A stretch of DNA of 64,000 bases from Takakia lepidozioides (Eukaryota > Plantae > Bryophyta): NCBI GenBank assembly GCA_030704615.1, contig CM060733.1:30690001-30754000 (forward strand), read 5' to 3'. Positions 49,301 through 63,249 of the stretch are shown here, piece by piece. Every line of letters begins with the position of its first letter. Within the stretch, counting starts at the first letter, position 1. The position numbers and the translations under genes were made by a program. The notes below the pieces were generated by a model. It searched no databases. It was not told the DNA's origin and saw nothing but the letters and a program-made list of their open reading frames with translations.

Positions 49301-50420
49301 TGAAGCCTCGGTTTTATTTGTAACCATCTCCAAAGTGTCTACAGAACAATTCCTTTCATCCCATGACCTACCCAAAAACACAAAACCGAGAGGGGTTTTC
49401 ATACTCATCCAGAATAAAACTCGCAAGCCCCCGGACAATTATGTCTGGAAAAATTCCCTACGACCAAGAGACAATAGGGTTAAATTCTTCTATCATACTT
49501 CTAGGCTATCAAATGAGACTGTCAACCTCAGCCTACCTCGACCTGCCAATGATCTTTAACCTCCATTCATGGAATATAAGAGGGTTGGAAGCAGACCCAG
49601 CTTCTCTATAAAGGCTGAAAATCAGAACCTGGCTGACTCCCTTCCTTGCAAATCATTCCATCATATTCCTGCAGGAGCATAAACTAGATCAAGGGAAAAT
49701 AGATAGCCTCACTGATTTTCTATGGCCATTAGCTAACTCCTTATGGAAACCCACTTCCACGGGTACGAAAGGAGGTACTGCAATACTTCTTTCACCTACC
49801 ATTCAACTGCTCCTCACTACGCAGGACACCTGGCTCCCTAGAAGATTGCAATTTTGTGCCTTATCCCTACCCAACTCAACAGGTCCGATTGGGCTGGTGA
49901 ATATCTATGCACCCAACGATTCTACTGACAGAGCAGAATTTTGGAACACTCTCAAAAATGAGGGAACAACCTTCAATAGATAGTTGGATATTGTCCGGAG
50001 ATTTTAATATGGTGGAGATGCAAGAGGATAGAAGAGGCGCGGGGTTATTTACCTCAAACCCAAAAGAAATGGACCAGTGGTTCAACTGCATGCAAACACA
50101 CAACCTCACAGAAGCAGTACCAATCTTTGGACAGTCATCAAACATCACCTTTACCTGGTCCAATAACCGCTCTCAAGCATATCTAAGTATGGCTCATCTT
50201 GATAGAGCTTACCTTTCCCTTGACTTAGTCCAATATGCTAAGAGAGCCCCTCAAGAACCAATACCCTTATGCTTTGACCATGCACCAATTACCCTCTCCA
50301 TAACCCTACCAGATTCTTACAGAAGGGGTAGAGGCCTTTACAAAATAAATAACCTCCTCCTTAAGCTGTCAAGCTTCAAGCAAGGCCTGCTAAGGTTTGG
50401 ATTCAGGCGGGAAGTGACCT
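46400..50420 (+). mobile_element. L1-clade LINE, 5' part (ORF1 and the APE endonuclease of ORF2), disrupted
   Basis: ORF1 has GRGFFSIIF...FPWSP and CFNCGQLGHLIIDC. ORF2 starts at about 49549 with SWNIRGL, LQEHKL, KGGTAILL, NIYAPND, GDFN, LDRAY and DHAPI. Stops and frameshifts are present. Confidence 0.9.
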
Positions 50421-50689
50421 CCTGAACCCTACGCATCTCTTCCTGGCCAAGCTGAAGGTTGTCAATATTGAAAATGTCATAAACGGTGATATGTGTGTAA
50501 GGGTGACACACGCAGGTAATCGAATGACTATTATCTTGTGGGTGAGAAGAGCTGATAGGTGGTTTCGAGCAGGAACTATATCACGTAGGCTTACACTAAG
50601 TGGTAGAGAAGAGGTTCACGATGGAGAGAGATGGACAGTCGGTGAGAACCGCCACGAATAGTTTCCAAAGCACGTAACGTTCATAGGTT

Positions 50690-51690
50690 GGAAATGACGA
50701 GTCCATCAAGAATAGATGCACCCTTTTATGGTAAAGAGGTAGAAGATGTTCCTGACTGGTTAGAAAAGTTGCAACTAGTAGGAGATGTGAGAGATCTAAC
50801 AGAGGACAAGCTATTCAAAGTAGCTAGGCTTAATTTGTAGGGAAGGGCAGATGAGTGGTACAAATGCCAAAATCCCAAGCCTACTAACTGGGAAGAATTT
50901 CAAAAGTTGGTATTGGCGAAGTATGGACAGGTGGATCCCACAAAGCTCAAGATTAAGCTTTTCTCCATAAAGCAAGAAAGCAGGCAGCGCATACAGACCT
51001 ACTACGATCGGCTGTCAAAGTTATTCACAAAGGGTCAGATAACAGATCTGGAGAAAAGGAGAAGATTTCTCAATGGGCTACGCCCAGAAATCATACGGTT
51101 AATGTTGGGGACAAGATTTGTTAACATAGATGATGTTGTGGAAACGGCCTTGTAAGTGGAACGAGGATTGGGGGGCATAGGTGAGACAACTTTGGAGCCA
51201 TTACATGAAGATGACTCTTATGAAGATCTCAAGTTGGGAGAAACACCGTTGGACAGACGACTAGATGCACTGAATGTCACTTTGAAGAAATATTTCGAGA
51301 AATGAGTTGGAATCCCTGAGAGTTCAGGAAGCAGAACCTCGCCACATGGGCAAAGAGTCTGCAACACATGTCATCAGGAATGACACACTTCAAACTTTTG
51401 TCCAACAAATAGAACACCTATTACATGTGGAAAATGCCACAGAATGGGTCAGAGGACAAAAGTATGTGGGGTAAGATGTTCGAACTGTAAGACATTGGGG
51501 CACTTTGAACATGAATGTCGGGCAAAGCAGGAACTAGGAAAAGGAGGACTACCTACCACGAATCTACTCCAAATGATGTACAGTGACGAAGAAGTTGTCT
51601 TGGCAGAACTCAATAAGATACTCGATCATCATGAAATTAATGAAGTAAGGATATCAAAAACAGGGTGCCAATACCAACACCAATGAGTGC
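50690..51690 (+). mobile_element. Ty3/gypsy gag remnant with zinc knuckles
   Basis: Encodes EDVPDWLE...GRADEWY...IKQESRQRIQTYYDR...FLNGLRPEI, CSNCKTLGHFEHEC and two degenerate knuckles. Confidence 0.8.
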
Positions 51691-51899
51691 ACCAAGCCTA
51701 GTTATCATTCATGACGTGACGAGGCCCGGACACGTCGGATGTGCGTCACGTCACGTCGAATCCGGATTGGCCACGTCCGTTTTTACACCGTGGCTGCCAT
51801 GTCATTACAAAGGGTAGAAGTAAATCGTAAAAGTCAAATATTAAAAAAAATAAAATTTATTAATTTATTTTAAAAAATACGTCCGCCCAAAAATACGGA

Positions 51900-53042
51900 C
51901 GCTAAGAAGTTATTATTTTTTAAATCAAGTGACCACCCATATTGGCGGTCGTTTATAATTTAATATTTTATTAAATTAAACGACCGCCTATATTGGCGGT
52001 TGCCGGTAATTTATGAAGTTTTAAATGGAGCGACCGCCCATATTAGCGGTCGCTTGCAATTTATTATATTTTAAATTAAGCGACGACCTATATTGGCAGT
52101 CGCTTGAAAATTATTAGTTTTAGAAATTAAGCGACCGCCCAAATAGACATTCGCTCGCAGTTTAAAAAATATTAAAAAAATACGGCGACCGCCATTCGCC
52201 GGCCGTCGCATATTTTTATTTTGATTCTAAAATGAAGCGACTGCCAAACCGTCGCTTCTTTAAAAACAAAATTAAAAATGCAGCGACCGCCAAATGGCGG
52301 TCGCTCGTTTTGTTTTTTTAAATTTAGCGGCCGCCATTTAGTGGCAGTGGCTCTTTTTTTTAAGAAATTTAAATGAAGCGACTGCAACTACGGCAGTCGC
52401 TCTTTTTTTAAATATATATATATGAAGCGACCGCCAATACGGCGGTCGCTCTTTTCTTTTTTCTTAAAAATGAAGCGACTACACTACGGTGGTCGCTCAT
52501 TTTCGTTTATTTATTTTAAAAATGAAGCGACCTCCATATGGAGGTTGCTCTTTTTTGCTTTTTAAAAAACTGAAGCAACCGCCAATACGGCGGTCGCTCC
52601 TTTAGGGGTTTTTTTTTTTTTTTTTTAATAGTTAAATTTTTAAATAAGTTTTTTTAATTTAAAAAATGAAGTAACCGCCATACGGCGGTCGCTCTTCTTC
52701 GCTTTTTAAGAAAGTGAAGCGACTGCCAATAATGCGGTCGCTCCTTTATTTATTTTTAAATTAAAAGTTTTAAAAAAAAAATTCTATTTCTTAGAAAAAT
52801 GAAGCGACCGCCCGATGGCGATCGCTCTTTTTCGCTTTTAACAAAACTAATATGGCGGTCACTCCTATAAGTTTTTTTTAAAATAAATTTTTAATATTTA
52901 AAAAAAATAAAAATAAAATGAAGCGATCGCCCTATGGCAGTCGCTCTATTTCGATTTTTAAAAAACTGAAGCGACCTCCATTACGGCGGACGCTCCTTTA
53001 AAAATAAATGAAAAATAATAATTTTTTAAAATTATTTTTTAG

Positions 53043-53073
<31 letters not shown>

Positions 53074-53390
53074 GAAGCGGTGTATGGCGGTCGCTCTTCG
53101 TCACTTTTTAAGAAACTGAAGCGACCGCCAATTCGGCGGTCGCTCGTTTACATTTTTTTTTTTCAATTTCTTTAAAAGAAATATTTAAAAAAATGAAGCG
53201 ACCGCCACTACGGCGGTCGCTCTGTTAAGTTTTTCTAAAAAGTGAAGCGACCATTCTATGGTGGTCGTTTTTCTAGGTATTTGTTTTAAATAAAACGACC
53301 GCCATATGGTGGTCGCTCTTTTTGATATTTATAAAAGATGATGCGATCGCTCTTTTTTATTTTATTTTTAAATGAAGCGACCGCCTATAC
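51900..53390. repeat. Array of about 25 palindromic GCGACCGCC-Nx-GGCGGTCGC units in AT-rich spacers (likely DNA-transposon subterminal region)
   Basis: Example unit GAAGCGACCGCCAATACGGCGGTCGCTC; units are separated by poly-A/T tracts. Confidence 0.85.
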
Positions 53391-53477
53391 GATAATGACA
53401 CGATAGTTCCGAAAATTTTGCTACGTATGAACATGAAGCGGCTTCCGCTACGTGATGCTCCAGCCTCCTGGAACAGC

Positions 53478-53780
53478 TCACACGTATAGTCGTCTACTTT
53501 GCAAAGTCTTGGCGACCACTGCCTCCACCAAGCAGTTGATGGAGTCTTCGGAAAGTTCCGTGGTCGCCGTTGTCATGTTCAACTGTCGGGGTTTCGGGCA
53601 CTTTTTGGCCATGTGCCTAGTTTCCCCGCAATTAAAGTACACCCCATCAAAGGTCGCCTTCTGCCCGCCATGTGCCGTCGCACCTATTTTTCTTTTCGGA
53701 GCACCGGGTGCCGCCCTAGCGTGTGAAGACCCTCCCTTCGATCTCCAATTGTCATTGTCACCGTGTGGCTTATCCCAACA
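53478..53780 (-). mobile_element. Gag-like zinc-knuckle fragment
   Basis: YFNCGETRHMAKKCP, a degenerate CCHC knuckle. Confidence 0.5.
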
Positions 53781-54620
53781 AGTCCAGGAGTCATACGAGA
53801 TGAAACGAGATTCATTTGATTGGACAACGGATGGTTGGCAATCTGAATGATTTTTGTTTCTTTTCAAACTTTGCCAATATGTTCGGTACGCCGTCTCACA
53901 GGTCCCGTACGAGTATGACATCAATCGAAATTCGTTCAATGGCCCAACGGACGGTTGGCCATCCAGATGAGTTTGGTTTGCTTTTAAACTTTGCCAGTAT
54001 GTTCAACATACCATAAGACGTAAAAGACGGGCCCTAGTGTAATATGAGATGAAATGAAATTTGTTTGATGGGCCAACGGATGGATGCCCATCCAAATGAT
54101 TTTGGTTTGCTTCGAAACTTCCGCAACGTCTTCAATATACCGTCTCACAGGTCCCTGAGTAATATAAGATGAAACGAAATTCGTTCAATGGGCCAATGGC
54201 GCGTTCACGTATCATGAAGTTTTGCTCATTGCAAAAAAGAATGGTGGTCGAATGGTTGACCATCCAAATGATTTTTGTTTGCTTTCAAACTTTGCCACTA
54301 TGTTCAACATATCATGTATCAGGTCCCGGACTAATATGAGATGAAACAAAATTCATTCGATGGTTGAACAGATGAAATGATTTTGGTTCGCTTTCTGACT
54401 TTGCCAGTGTATTCAATGTACCATCTAAGAGGTCCCAGAGTAATATGAGATGAAACGAAATTCGTCCAATGGGCCAACGGAGGGTTGCCCATCCAAATGA
54501 TTTTCGTTCATTTCGAAACATGGCCAGTATGTCCAATGTACCATCTGACAGGTCCCAGAGTAATATGAGATCAATCAAAATTCGTTCAATGGGCCAAAGA
54601 GGCGTTCACGTGTCATTCAA
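53780..54620 (+). repeat. Tandem repeat with an about 120-bp unit, about 6 copies
   Basis: Recurrent AATATGAGATGAAACGAAATTCGTTCAATGGGCCAA...CATCCAAATGATTTT...AACTTTGCCAGTATGTTCAA...ACAGGTCCC. Confidence 0.85.
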
Positions 54621-55067
54621 TTTTATTCATTGCGATAAAGAAATCATGTCGAGGGTGAACGAATAATGCACCCATTGAACGGATGAGGTTGAGACCCATC
54701 TTTTGCCCACATATGCTTGAATATGTGTGCAACACATGTGTGGAGAAACAAGAGAAGCAACAAACATTTGTCTCCCCAACCACGCCCTCGCCCTTCCACC
54801 AATTTTCAATTAAATTGAGTTTAAATAAATTTCAAGCAAATAAATAGGTTTACACTGTGTTTGATTGGGGTTCCCTGCTACGTAACAATTTTATTTTTCG
54901 CTCAATCTTGTTATTTGGCTTCAAACCTCCCACCGCTACATCCCTACAAAAGTTTGGACCAAACAAAAATGAAAATTATAAAAAGTATTCACTTCGCTCA
55001 CTATTGCTGAACTCTCTATAAAGAGTGCATAAAGTAGAAGTCAAATCAAGTTTGGAATACAAATTAG

Positions 55068-55158
55068 GGACCGAATTCAACTGGTATGTGTGAAATTGAA
55101 GTTGGGTCCTTTCAAATTTCCTCAGGACTTTGTTGTTGCAGTTTCTCTACAGCCTGGA
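55068..55158 (+). pseudogene. Captured fragment of the GDSL intron 3/exon 4 junction, paralogous to about 31683-31770
   Basis: CAACTGGTATGTGTGAAATTGAAGTTG...CCTCAGGACTTT.TTGTTGCAGTTTCTCTACAG is shared. Confidence 0.85.
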
Positions 55159-55989
55159 TTCGCAGCATGCCTCATTTCTGAAAGTCCAATCTTGCCTTTG
55201 GTGACATCCAGTGGGTTAACTGAGGCTACTCACTAAGTCAGATTTATGCAGCATGGTCATGGCTTCCAAACACTTGCTGCTATACATGTCTACATATTCC
55301 CGACTCATGTATGTATATTAATCCTTCCATTTCGAAATTGGTCCTTAATGATCCTTGTGTGTGGTTTCTTTCATATGTGTTACCTGCCTGGAATGAGTGA
55401 TGGATTGTATAGTGGGCTGAAATGTTTGGCCCTCTCTTGTATTGACCATGTCTGCCCATGTCATGTTTGGGTGTTTGCTAATTTGGCCTCTCAAATAGTT
55501 TTGTATGTTTAGGAGTTCAGTTTCTTTTTTAGGATGTGTAACGGTTATCGAGTGAATGTATCTGTGCAGGTCTGGGCCATGCCTGGCAGGGCTGCGTACT
55601 GTGCGGAGCAGTCACATATATGAATTCATTCCCTCATGTAACTGTTTTGGTCTGCCGAATCCAGTGTTGAAGTGTCTTCCATCTGATTAGCGGTGTCATG
55701 GTTGTATGACTCCCCAATTCAGAATAGTTTTTGTGAGTGTCAGGCCTGAATTAATCACAGAAACAAGCACTGTTCTCTGTACTATGTAGGATAAGAGAGA
55801 AGGGGTGGGTACAAACCCTGCCTATCCCATCCTGGGGTTTCAGACCAACAAACAGCTATTGAGATGTCCTCGTTGACCACTCCTTGTTAACCTTCCTTAC
55901 GCATAGCTGGGAGCTTTGGAAAAGAGGAAAGAGGTCCATAGTGACATTGTCAAAGCTGGAATCGTACTAGATGTCATCCTGGAAACAGA

Positions 55990-57430
55990 ATTGGCAGCAG
56001 CACAATTGATAGAATAATTCGCTGCTAATGAAGGTACCTTCTTCAGCACATTTCACCCTGTTTTGCCCTGTTATCAGAGTCGTCCCTAAAATTTCATGTA
56101 GAGTTTTGCAATTTAGCTCGTTCGTGATGTGAGCTGGCATGAGTTTTATAAAGATCCTTCACAATGGTGGGACAACCGCAATCACAAGGTGTGTTGTCCA
56201 TCCTGCAAAGGTGGGCTCTTGGCTCTTGTTACTACCATGATTTGGTATTCTTCCTGATTTCAGCCTGTTTTTCCCTCTCATCAGACTCGGCCCTGAGATG
56301 CATATTGAATGTTGTAATTTAGCTCATTGGGTGGATCTGTGGGTGGTTTGGGGTGACTTGACAAGTTTATGCCGATGTGGTAGCAGGAAAGTATCTAAAA
56401 ACAGATAACAGAATGAGGAGAAGCGGTGGAATGAACACTTGTCCAGTCTGACCAATCCGACATTACCTTACTACAGACACAAGCAGCACACACGAGGTCA
56501 TTTTGGGTTAATGGTCGGTTAAATCCTCCATGCGCCATGACACAAGGTCAAGGACGATGTGGTGAACACCTTCTTCTTCAAACTTTTGGCAGTCTGTTTT
56601 GCCTTCTCATCATTAGGGTTGGGGTTTGCTGGAAGAACTTCACACCGTCAGTCAGCTGCTAGCAGCAAGGCTGAGATGTATTCATGATTGTCTACATAGG
56701 CAGGGATAGCTGAAGGACTAGGGACATAGGTCTAGATTCATCCAAGAGGACCGGGTTTCAAACATAAGATTACTTCTGATTCCCTGTGGATCAATAGCTA
56801 CAAGAAATCTGCATGGGTAGATGGTCAACTGGAAACAAAAGCGGCAGTAGCACAATTGATAGAACAAGGCACTGCTAATGAAGGCACCTTCAACACATTT
56901 CAACCTATTTTTCCCTGTTATCAGAATCGTCCTTAAATTTTCATGTTGAATTCTGCAAGTTAGCTGGTTGAGTGAACCTTTTATAGTTTGGAGTGACTGA
57001 CATGATACGGCCAATGTGACAACATGAAAGTATCCAGAAACAAGTAACAGAGACGAGGAGAAGCTGTCATCAATGGTGGGACAATCGAGGCAAAAAGGTG
57101 AATGCCTGTGGGATTACAGAGAATGGCAGATGCAATTGAGCATAGGAACTAGTATGATAAGCTGAGTTGGGTATTTCCTAGAACAAATCTAGGCTGTCAT
57201 TGTTAGCTGCTAGCAGCAAGGCAAGGATGAATGCACTATTTGTGGAGAGGCAAGATAGCTGAAGGTGCAGGGATAGAGTGTGGGTCCAGATTCATCCAAG
57301 AGGGCCAGATTTCAAGCTCAAGAGTACCTATGATTCCCTGTGGATCAATAGCCACAAGAAACCTACATGGGTAGATGGTCAACTAAAGGCAGCAGCTGCA
57401 GCGACACAGTTGGTAAATCAGGCACCTCAA
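55990..57430. repeat. Degenerate locally repeated segments (2-3 copies)
   Basis: GATTCCCTGTGGATCAATAGC.ACAAGAAA near 56780 and 57335; GCACAATTGATAGAA near 56000 and 56850. Confidence 0.65.
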
Positions 57431-57614
57431 CCCTGACAACAGCTTCTGAAAGAGGATCAAGAGAGGGAATCCACAATGCCTCTTCTGGCACTTCTGGGCA
57501 TGTGAAGATGCTTTGTAAGGCAGACTGACTGACAAAGGCTCTACAGACTTTAAACCAAGGAGGCATTTCAGCAGATTCAGGTACATATGTCCATCTCTTG
57601 CTTAAGTGCATTAA

Positions 57615-58750
57615 GATGATTCAAGGTCTGGAAGCTGGAAAGTAGGTGCACACACATTATCTACAGTGGATTCACACCAAATGTTTTCCTACTCAACACC
57701 CTTGTCAACATGTATGTTAGGTGTGGGAGCATCATGGATGCTCACCAAGTGCTCAACAGAATGCCTCAACGATCTTTGATCACGTGGAATATAATGTTGG
57801 CAAGATTTACCAAGCATAGGTGTGGTAGGAATGCTTTTGGAGACCTATGAGCAAATGTTGCGCAAAGGGGTGAAGCCCAACCACATCACATTTGTTTGTG
57901 TTTGCAATGTGTGCAAGCAGGGGAGCTCTGGAAAAGGGGAAAGAGGTCCATGGTGACATCGTCAAAGCTGGAATTGTACCAGATGTCATTATGAACCCTA
58001 CCCTGGTAGACATGTATGCGAAATGTGGGTGCATTAAGATGCGAAGGGAGTTTTCAACAAGTCTATGGCTGAACGAGATGTGGTGTCATGGATCGCGATG
58101 CTTGCAAGAACTTGGTATGGAGGCTTTGGAGACCTATGATCAAATGATGGGGGAAGGGGTGAAGCCCAACCACATCACGTTTGTGTGCATTTGCAATGCA
58201 TGTGCAAACCTAGCAGCCCTGGAAAAGGGCAAAGAGGTCCATGGTGACATTGTCAGAGCTAGATTGTACCCGATGTCATTCTGAACAATACCCTAGAGGC
58301 TGGTGGACATGTATGCAAAATGTGGGTGCATCGAGGATGCAAAGGGAGTGTTCGACAGTATGGCTGAACAAGATATGGTGTCATGGAATGCCATGCTGGC
58401 AGGATATGCATAGCAGGGGCGCGAGATGGAGGCCTTGGAGACCTATGAGCAAATGATGGGGGAAGGGGTGAAGTGTAACCAGATCACGTTTGTGTGTTTG
58501 CAATGCTCGTGCAAGCTTGACAGCCCTGGAAAAGGGCAAAGAGATGCATGGTGGCATCATCAAATCTGGAATTGCACCTGTCATTCTGAACACTGCCCTG
58601 GTGGATATGTATGCCAATGTGGGTGCATTGAGGATGCAAAGGGAGTATTCGACAGTATAGCTAAACGACATGTGGTGTTGTGGAGTGTGATGATTGCAGG
58701 ATATGCACAACAAGGGCGCGGGATGGAGGCTTTGGAGACCTAGGGGCAAA
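57615..58750 (+). pseudogene. PLS-PPR pseudogene
   Basis: Repeated [21 protein letters not shown] and SWNAML motifs with stops and frameshifts. Confidence 0.9.
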
Positions 58751-59189
58751 TGACGAGAAGTTGTGGAATGATTACTTTTCTGATCCTAGTTGAAAATATG
58801 CCACAATGGTGATTTGTAAATAGAGCTCTTCAATTGTAGGAGTACTAGTGGACTGCTGCCCCGGTGTGGGCTTGGGTTTTGGGACTTGTAGCCTTTGAGG
58901 CTTGGTTATTTATCCATGTGGCTTTTCAGGCTTCTTGAATGCTCATTGTAGAGCCTTTGCGGCATCCATTGGAACATTTTTCCCATTGGTTTTTTGTTGT
59001 ATGATCGACATTCAACAATCTGTGTATTTGTGTGAAATTCTTTCATTCAATTAATTATATTGCTCTTTATATTGAAACATATCTAAATATCCAAACGATA
59101 AATAAAATTTACATGAAATTAATTAATAAAATAGCATTAATGGTTTTATAAACTAATCGAATAAGGACACGTGTTAGACGACCTACCAG

Positions 59190-59635
59190 AACTAGTACAA
59201 ACCTATAGTGATGGAGTCATATTTGTAGTCATGAAATATACCACATGCTACCCTCAATGATGTAGTGAGTAGTGATATAGTCATAAGTGTAGTCATAAGG
59301 TACAGTCGTGTAGTCATATACATCCGGGGGGTTATGCGTGTCATGGAGAGACCTCTCCATGTTGGCGCTCATCTGTAGTGACATAGTCGTAAGTGTAGTC
59401 ATGACACGTAGCCTTGTAGTCGTATAGTTATGACTACAACATTACACCCCACGTCACTCTGAATTGATGGCAGGTGCCACGTCTGCAGTAACGACCATCA
59501 CTTCACACTTATCACTCCGCAGTGATGGTAGAACTGACTCCGTGTTGTCACTGCAGAGTGATGTAGTTATAATCGCACTTATCACTGCAAATGTAGTGAT
59601 ATTTGCAATCATAAAAATGATAATCTGTACTAGTG
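59190..59635. mobile_element. Non-autonomous CACTA-like element
   Basis: Termini (A)ACTAGTACA and TGTACTAGTG, with internal short repeats TAGTCAT and AGTGAT. The 3-bp flanks are CAG and GAG, an imperfect match. Confidence 0.45.
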
Positions 59636-59689
59636 GAGTTTACAGGATGACATAATGGCTGGATGGACAATCACAGCTAAGGAGTAGGT

Positions 59690-62433
59690 GAGAGAAGTGA
59701 ATGTGGAAAATGAGGAGGAACTAAGAATGGTGAAAGTAGGGCTGACTTGGAGCCAAAATTCTTTGAGGAAACTAAGAGTCTGTTTATCAAATACAAAGAC
59801 GTATTTGCTTGGAGCTATGAGGATCTGAAAGGGATACCACCTGAGATCTGCTAGCATAAGATTGAACTGGAACCAGGGTCAATACCAATTAAACAGACAA
59901 GGTACATGATGAATCCCAACTATGCACAGAAGGTTGGGGAAGAGATCAAGAAGTTGGCTGAGGCTAAGTTCATATACTCGATAGAGTATACAACTTGGCT
60001 ATCACCCATTGTGATAGTTCCCAAGAAGAATGGCAAAATAAGAGTTTGTGTGAACTATAAGAAGTTGAATGATTGTACAAAGAAAGATCCATTTCCATTG
60101 CCGTTCACAGAAGCTGTACTGGACACTGTGGCAGGCCATGAAATGTATTCATTCATGGATGGCTTCAGTGGGTATAACCAAGTGCAAGTAGCGGAAGAAG
60201 ACCAATGAAAGACAACTTTCATCACAGACTGGTGCTTATGCATACAAAGTCATGCATTTTGGACTTTGTAATGCCCCAGCAACTTTCCAGAGAGTGATAA
60301 GTGAATCTTTCCATGAGTATCTGGATGATTTTATGCAAGTGTTCTTGGATGACTTTAGTGTGTACAACTCTAAGAATGAGCACTTGCAGAAGTTGGAGTT
60401 ATGTTTGGCCAGATATAGGATGAGAGGTCTTGGCCTGAATCCAGAAAAGTGTGCTCAGGGGTACTTCTGGGACACATTGTGTGTAAGAAAGGACTGCTTG
60501 TGCTAGAAAGACAGAGGCTATTAAAGCCTCACCACCACCAAGTAACGTTAAGGGTCTAAGGAGGTTCCTTGGACAAACTACTTATTATAGAAGGTTTGTC
60601 AGACGGTATGCACAGATGGCAGCTCCATTGAGCAAGCTTTTGAAGAAGGATGCAATGTTTGCATGGACAGCTGAATATTAGCAGGCTTTTGAGGAACTTA
60701 CATTGTCAGTGACAACTACATATGTACTGATTAACCCTCACTGGCATGTGGTATTTCATGTACACTGTGATGCCTCAGGAGAAGCTTTGGGGGCTGTGTT
60801 AGCCCAAAATGTCACAGGAAACATAGATTCACCTGTGTACTATGCTAGCAGATTGTTGAACAGTGCTGAGAGGAACTATAACACTACTGAAAGAGAAGCT
60901 TTGGCAATGATTTATGCAGTCAAGAAATTCAAGCATTACCTATTGGGAAGGAAGTTTATGTTTTATGTGGATCATCAGACTTTGATTTATCGGGTGAACA
61001 AGCCTTTGATAAGTGGCAGGATAACAAGATGGTTGATAATCTTGCACGAGTTTGAATTCGAAGTTGTTTACAAGCCTGGCCGTTTGCATCTTGTGGCAGA
61101 TCACTTGTCACGTTTATCAACAGGAGAGCCCGCCACGGGAGTAGACGACCAACTACCTGATGCAAGTTTATTTGCAGTGGAGGTGCAGGGAAGTGCGGAT
61201 GATTGGTTAGATTGGTAGTGGCCAATCAGATACTACCTTACTCATGGTCAGTGCCCACCCAGTTATGGGAAGGAGTAGAGGAAAAGACTAGCTATCAAGG
61301 TTTTACCATACACTATGATAGGTAACAAATTGTATAAGCTAGGACCTGATGGAGTTCTTAAACGATGTTTGTACCACCATGAAGTAAATAAAGTTTTGGA
61401 AGAAGTTCATAAAAGAGTGGCTGGAGGTCATTTTAGAGAAGAGACTACCAGTAGGAAAATATTACTTGTAGGTTACCGGTGGTCTACTTTGTTCAAGGAT
61501 GTACACAAATATTGCAAGAGTTGTGATGAGTGTCAGAGGCTAGGACCTTTGCAAAGATCTGGGAAGATGGCTTTGCATCCTACGATGCCTACTGAACCAT
61601 TCCAGAAATGGGGATTAGACTTTGTTGGACCAATTAATCCACCAGCCAGTAATACACAGAACAAGTATATAATCACAGCCACTGATTATACTACAAAATG
61701 GGTGGAAGCTAAGGCTCTGAGGGACAACGCAGCTAAGTCCACAACAAGGTTCATATATGAGAACATACTCATAAGATTTGGCTGTCCCCTGGAATTTATC
61801 AGTGACCAAGGAAGTCATTTCATTAATGAGACCATAGAACTATTGACTAAAGAGTTCATAATTGTGTACATGAAGAGTACAACCTATTACCCACAGGGCA
61901 ATGGGCAGGCAAAGACCACCAACAAAATACTATGCACTATCTTGGCTAAGATAATCAATGCAAACAGAACAGACTGGGATACAAAGCTGTTGATAGCTTT
62001 GTGGTCATACATGACTTCATATAAAGTCACCACCAAATATACACCATTCCAATTAGTTTATGGTATGGAAGCTTTACTTCCAGTGGAATTCCTATTGCCT
62101 ACCATGAGAACGGAATGGGGAAGGAAAATGGAATTGGAGGATTCAACTAAAGTAAGGAAACATGAATTATATCATGTGGACGAAGTACGTGCTGATGCAG
62201 CAGATAACATGACCATAATTCAGATGAAGAGGAAGGATCAGTTTCATGAAGGTAAATTGAAGACTTTTAAGACAGGTGATTTGGTACTATGGTTGCAGAA
62301 GAAGAGAAAGATTAAAGCTTCTAAGCTTATGTCACCCTCGAAAGGATCATACAGAAGATGTATGATAACAACACAACCATGTTACAAACCATTAACAAAG
62401 AGATGTTTGGTAGAGTCAATGCCAATAAATTGA
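59690..62433 (+). mobile_element. Ty3/gypsy pol remnant (RT-RNaseH-integrase)
   Basis: Encodes WLSPIVIVPKKNGK, DGFSGYNQ, FGLCNAPATFQR, VFLDDF, CDAS, EREALA, GGHF, CDECQR, WGLDFVGP, SDQGSHF and PQGNGQA; stops and frameshifts are present. Confidence 0.95.
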
Positions 62434-62439
62434 AGGGAT

Positions 62440-62526
62440 ACAGTGGTATGCCTTTCGGTCTTACAAATGCTCCAGCAATTTTTCAACACATGATGAATGA
62501 TATCTTTCGAGAATTTTTAGATGACT
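62440..62526 (+). mobile_element. Short RT fragment of a different Ty3/gypsy lineage
   Basis: [26 protein letters not shown]. Confidence 0.7.
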
Positions 62527-63249
62527 AGCGATAACAAAAGAAAATCCCCACTTGAGGTTTTTAGTTTTTACTTGCCCCAAGTAAGAACAACAACCACCCA
62601 AGGCCTTTGTCCTTTGAAGAAAGTTGGGAAATAAGTGAGTTAGCTTGGATGGTACATCTAACACATTGCATGCTGAATTGCTTCATTGTGGTCTATAATT
62701 GAGCAGCCCTCAAATGGAAATAGATCCTGAAAAATCGAGGTAGCATCTCTATATTGAAGCATGTAACCCTACTATTGATATCATGTCTCTCACAACACTA
62801 GTCTTTCAACAATCCAAATGTCTGAGAGATAAGTCATTGTTGGTGGTCAGGATTTATATGATAGAACCTACCCACAAAGGGGGCAGTATCCTAGAGGGGA
62901 AGAGGTTCATCTTTGCACTGACGTTGGTCGAGGCACTCACTCTCTCTAAGCCTTTGGGTTAGACTGTTCTAGTAGTGCACTTTTTTAGCTAGTTACAACA
63001 TAGCTTGTTGTCATAAGAAAGCATGTTTTTTGCTCCTCAGTAATTAGATCCCTATAAATGCAAATAGAATGGATCTGATGTTGGGGGTTTTCTCCTCATG
63101 AATCCAAAAGCATCTAGCTTTCCATATGTTCCACAAGGGAGTGGGCTCACAAACATGCCCAAACGTGACATTTGATCATAGGTAGGCCAGGGAGACAATT
63201 CAACAGAGGCAATGTTGAATTTGGGTTGATTGATAGAGCCCCCCAATTC

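Noticed and set aside
51900-53390. CRISPR array
   Set aside because: The context is eukaryotic, no cas genes are present, and the spacers are low-complexity A/T tracts related to each other and variable in length.
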